DNA from: Candidatus Atabeyarchaeum deiterrae
GTDB lineage: Archaea > Asgardarchaeota > Atabeyarchaeia > Atabeyarchaeales > Atabeyarchaeaceae
Direction of reading: 5' to 3'
Assembly: GCA_037310415.1 (NCBI GenBank)
Contig: CP147780.1
Coordinates: forward strand, 1,792,001-1,856,000
Length of the DNA stretch: 64,000 nucleotides
Shown here piece after piece: positions 62,183-64,000 of the stretch. The translations under genes were made by a program, and so were the position numbers. Position 1 is the first letter of the stretch; every line of letters begins with the position of its first letter. Under the pieces are notes generated by a model, which worked only from the letters and a program-made list of their open reading frames with translations, did no database searches and was not told the origin of the DNA.

Positions 62183-62475
62183 GTTCCACGCCGCTATCTA
62201 AGTTTATATTTACGTATTTAGATTCATTAATATGAATCCACAAGAAGTGACATATATATCTTATTATGATCGGTTCAGAAGCGACAAGAGGTTAACATAG
62301 ATATTAGTTTGGAGTAATGTTCAGATGAGGTGCAGACCGTCACCGAAAGAAATAGGGGCAACGCGGCGCTAGCCGTTTCATAGATCTTTCTAGCTTCAAG
62401 GTGTCTCCATAGCTCAAGCGGCTGAGGTTACTTTCCGGCAAAATACATATTTGGTCTCGTTGATATGAACTAGCG

Positions 62476-62877
62476 GTGGATGAGAATATGTCGAAAAATC
62501 GTTCGGACCGAAGACTAGTTAGGCTGGTTGCTTCGCCCTATTGCCAGGGCAAGGATGCTTCTAAGTACGCGGGTGAGTTGAAGGAGTTGGCTGACAAGGT
62601 AGCGAACAGAGATTTGGCCATCAGAGAAAGCCGGCTCTTCAAGGCTCTGAGTGACGACAGCAGAATTAGAATATTGAAGTTATTAATGGTTCGCAGGATG
62701 TGTGTTTGCGAGATAATGGCTGCACTGGACATGACACAACCAACTGCGTCTCACCACCTGGTGCTGTTGGAGAAGGAGGGTTTGCTGGAAAGAAGGAAAG
62801 AAGGGAAGTGGGCTTACTATTCTCTTGCAAACCCGAAGATTGTTGAGGCCATAAAGAGGTTCATTATTGGGAGGTAA
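62476..62877 (+). CDS. arsR: ArsR/SmtB family repressor
   Basis: FKALSDDSRIRIL...MCVCEI...SHHL...GKWAYYSL. Divergent from acr3. Confidence 0.92.
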   Translation: MDENMSKNRSDRRLVRLVASPYCQGKDASKYAGELKELADKVANRDLAIRESRLFKALSDDSRIRILKLLMVRRMCVCEIMAALDMTQPTASHHLVLLEKEGLLERRKEGKWAYYSLANPKIVEAIKRFIIGR

Positions 62878-62905
62878 CTCCTGACAAAGAGCTGGTGCTG
62901 GGTAG

Positions 62906-63622
62906 ATGAAGTACGCGATTTTCTCTGATGTTCACGGCAACCTTCCTGCCCTTGAGGCGGTTCTCCTTGACATTGAAGGGCAAGGCGTGAAAAAGATTCT
63001 CCACTGTGGGGATCTAGTTGGATACGGCCCCTTTCCAAATGAGGTGATAAGCCTCATAACGAGCAAGGGAATCGCAGGTGTGATGGGCAACTATGATGAA
63101 GGTGTCGGCTTCGAGAGAGATGACTGCGGGTGCGTCTATATAGACGAAACGCAGAGATTGCTCGGTCAGCGCTCCTTAGATTGGACGAAGGCCCACGTCC
63201 CAAGGAAGAATAAGGAATTCCTGAAGGCCTTGCCGCGCGAGTTGCGCTTCAGCCAAGCGGCATTCGAGATCCTTCTCACTCATGGTAGCCCCAGAAGGAT
63301 CAATGAGTACCTATATGAAGACAGACCAGCGAAAACCTTCAATCGCCTCCTGCAGGCGGGAAGATGCAATCTCCTCGTGTGTGGACATACGCATCTGCCC
63401 TACCACAAGGTGATAGACGACAAACATATCGTAAACGTTGGAAGTCTTGGAAAGCCCAAGGATGGTGACCCAAGAGCAACTTACGCTCTCTTGACTCCAG
63501 CTGCAGAGTTAAGCGTACGTTTTAGAAGAGTTCAATATGATGTGGAAAGAATGACGAGCGCCATCGAGGCTTCAGAGTTACCACACGAGTATGCAGAGAT
63601 GATAAGAAGAGGAACAGGGTAA
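62906..63622 (+). CDS. Metallophosphoesterase (YfcE-like, ars-associated type)
   Basis: SDVHGN, GDLVGYG, GNYD, DCGC, HGSP and GHTH motifs. Confidence 0.9.
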   Translation: MKYAIFSDVHGNLPALEAVLLDIEGQGVKKILHCGDLVGYGPFPNEVISLITSKGIAGVMGNYDEGVGFERDDCGCVYIDETQRLLGQRSLDWTKAHVPRKNKEFLKALPRELRFSQAAFEILLTHGSPRRINEYLYEDRPAKTFNRLLQAGRCNLLVCGHTHLPYHKVIDDKHIVNVGSLGKPKDGDPRATYALLTPAAELSVRFRRVQYDVERMTSAIEASELPHEYAEMIRRGTG

Positions 63623-63830
63623 CATGCCATATTGGTTGTTTTCAGAACTTCTTAGGTTCGTACTTGACGCATCCGCTGGCCACCGCAATAAGGAAAACTA
63701 AGTATGACGTACAAATGGCGGGCGTAACCAAGGCAAAGACACCAAGGAGTGCTGCTTCTGCTTGACTCGAATAGATGACCTTCATATGTATAGCAGGTCC
63801 GACTCTATGGTTAATACGGCGAGAGGTGTG

Positions 63831-64000
63831 TTAACCCTTAATTGCTATCTCGGGCTCAATGACTACCTCAGGTCTTATTGATTCTGCCACCAGACTGAAT
63901 TTCCTCGCTAGCTGCATCGCCTGTTTGACCTTCTCTTCTGTCGACATTCTAACTACTATTCTTGGCTTCAAAATAATCTTCGTAAAGACGGATGTTCTAT
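63831..64000 (-). CDS. OsmC-like protein, 3' end (partial)
   Basis: Manual translation ...FTKIILKPRIVV...AMQLARKFSLVAESIRPEVVIEPEI*. Confidence 0.55.
   Translation of the reverse strand, partial: RTSVFTKIILKPRIVVRMSTEEKVKQAMQLARKFSLVAESIRPEVVIEPEIAIKG

Noticed and set aside
62409-62440. TAGCTCAAGCGG resembling a tRNA D-arm
   Set aside because: No anticodon arm, T-arm or acceptor stem follows.
1-64000. CRISPR array, rRNA, tRNA, integrase, reverse transcriptase
   Set aside because: None recognised by eye. Intron-split tRNAs or short degenerate arrays could have been missed.

Overview
Archaeal chromosomal window. It contains Hjc, a split GMP synthase B subunit, CofE, a group 3b hydrogenase operon and GGAGG/GGTGA ribosome-binding sites. 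A TPR-longin protein, a membrane RING protein and a V4R-like protein suggest an Asgard-like or Bathyarchaeia-like host (inference). Most of the window is anaerobic housekeeping and stress metabolism: 2-oxoacid oxidoreductase alpha, malic enzyme, hydBGDA, FprA, Hrb, TldD/PmbA, fused ComDE, Acr3/ArsR and ABC transporters. Three things stand out. (1) An accessory island at about 13-21 kb has a WD40-like propeller-Roc GTPase-COR-TIR protein and a PD-(D/E)XK nuclease converging on an operon of five small paralogous HTH genes that ends in another nuclease. This is the best candidate for an undescribed defence or signalling system. (2) A 280-bp non-autonomous IS200/IS605-type element (11037-11316) carries what looks like only a structured omegaRNA. 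It appears to have inserted exactly into the ATGA overlap of hydD/hydA without changing either protein. (3) A gene at 60401-61015 has a 3' end with the NNC-codon signature of a diversity-generating retroelement variable region, although no template or reverse transcriptase is visible in the window. No tRNA, rRNA or CRISPR array could be supported. All family calls come from motif recognition by eye, not from database searches.
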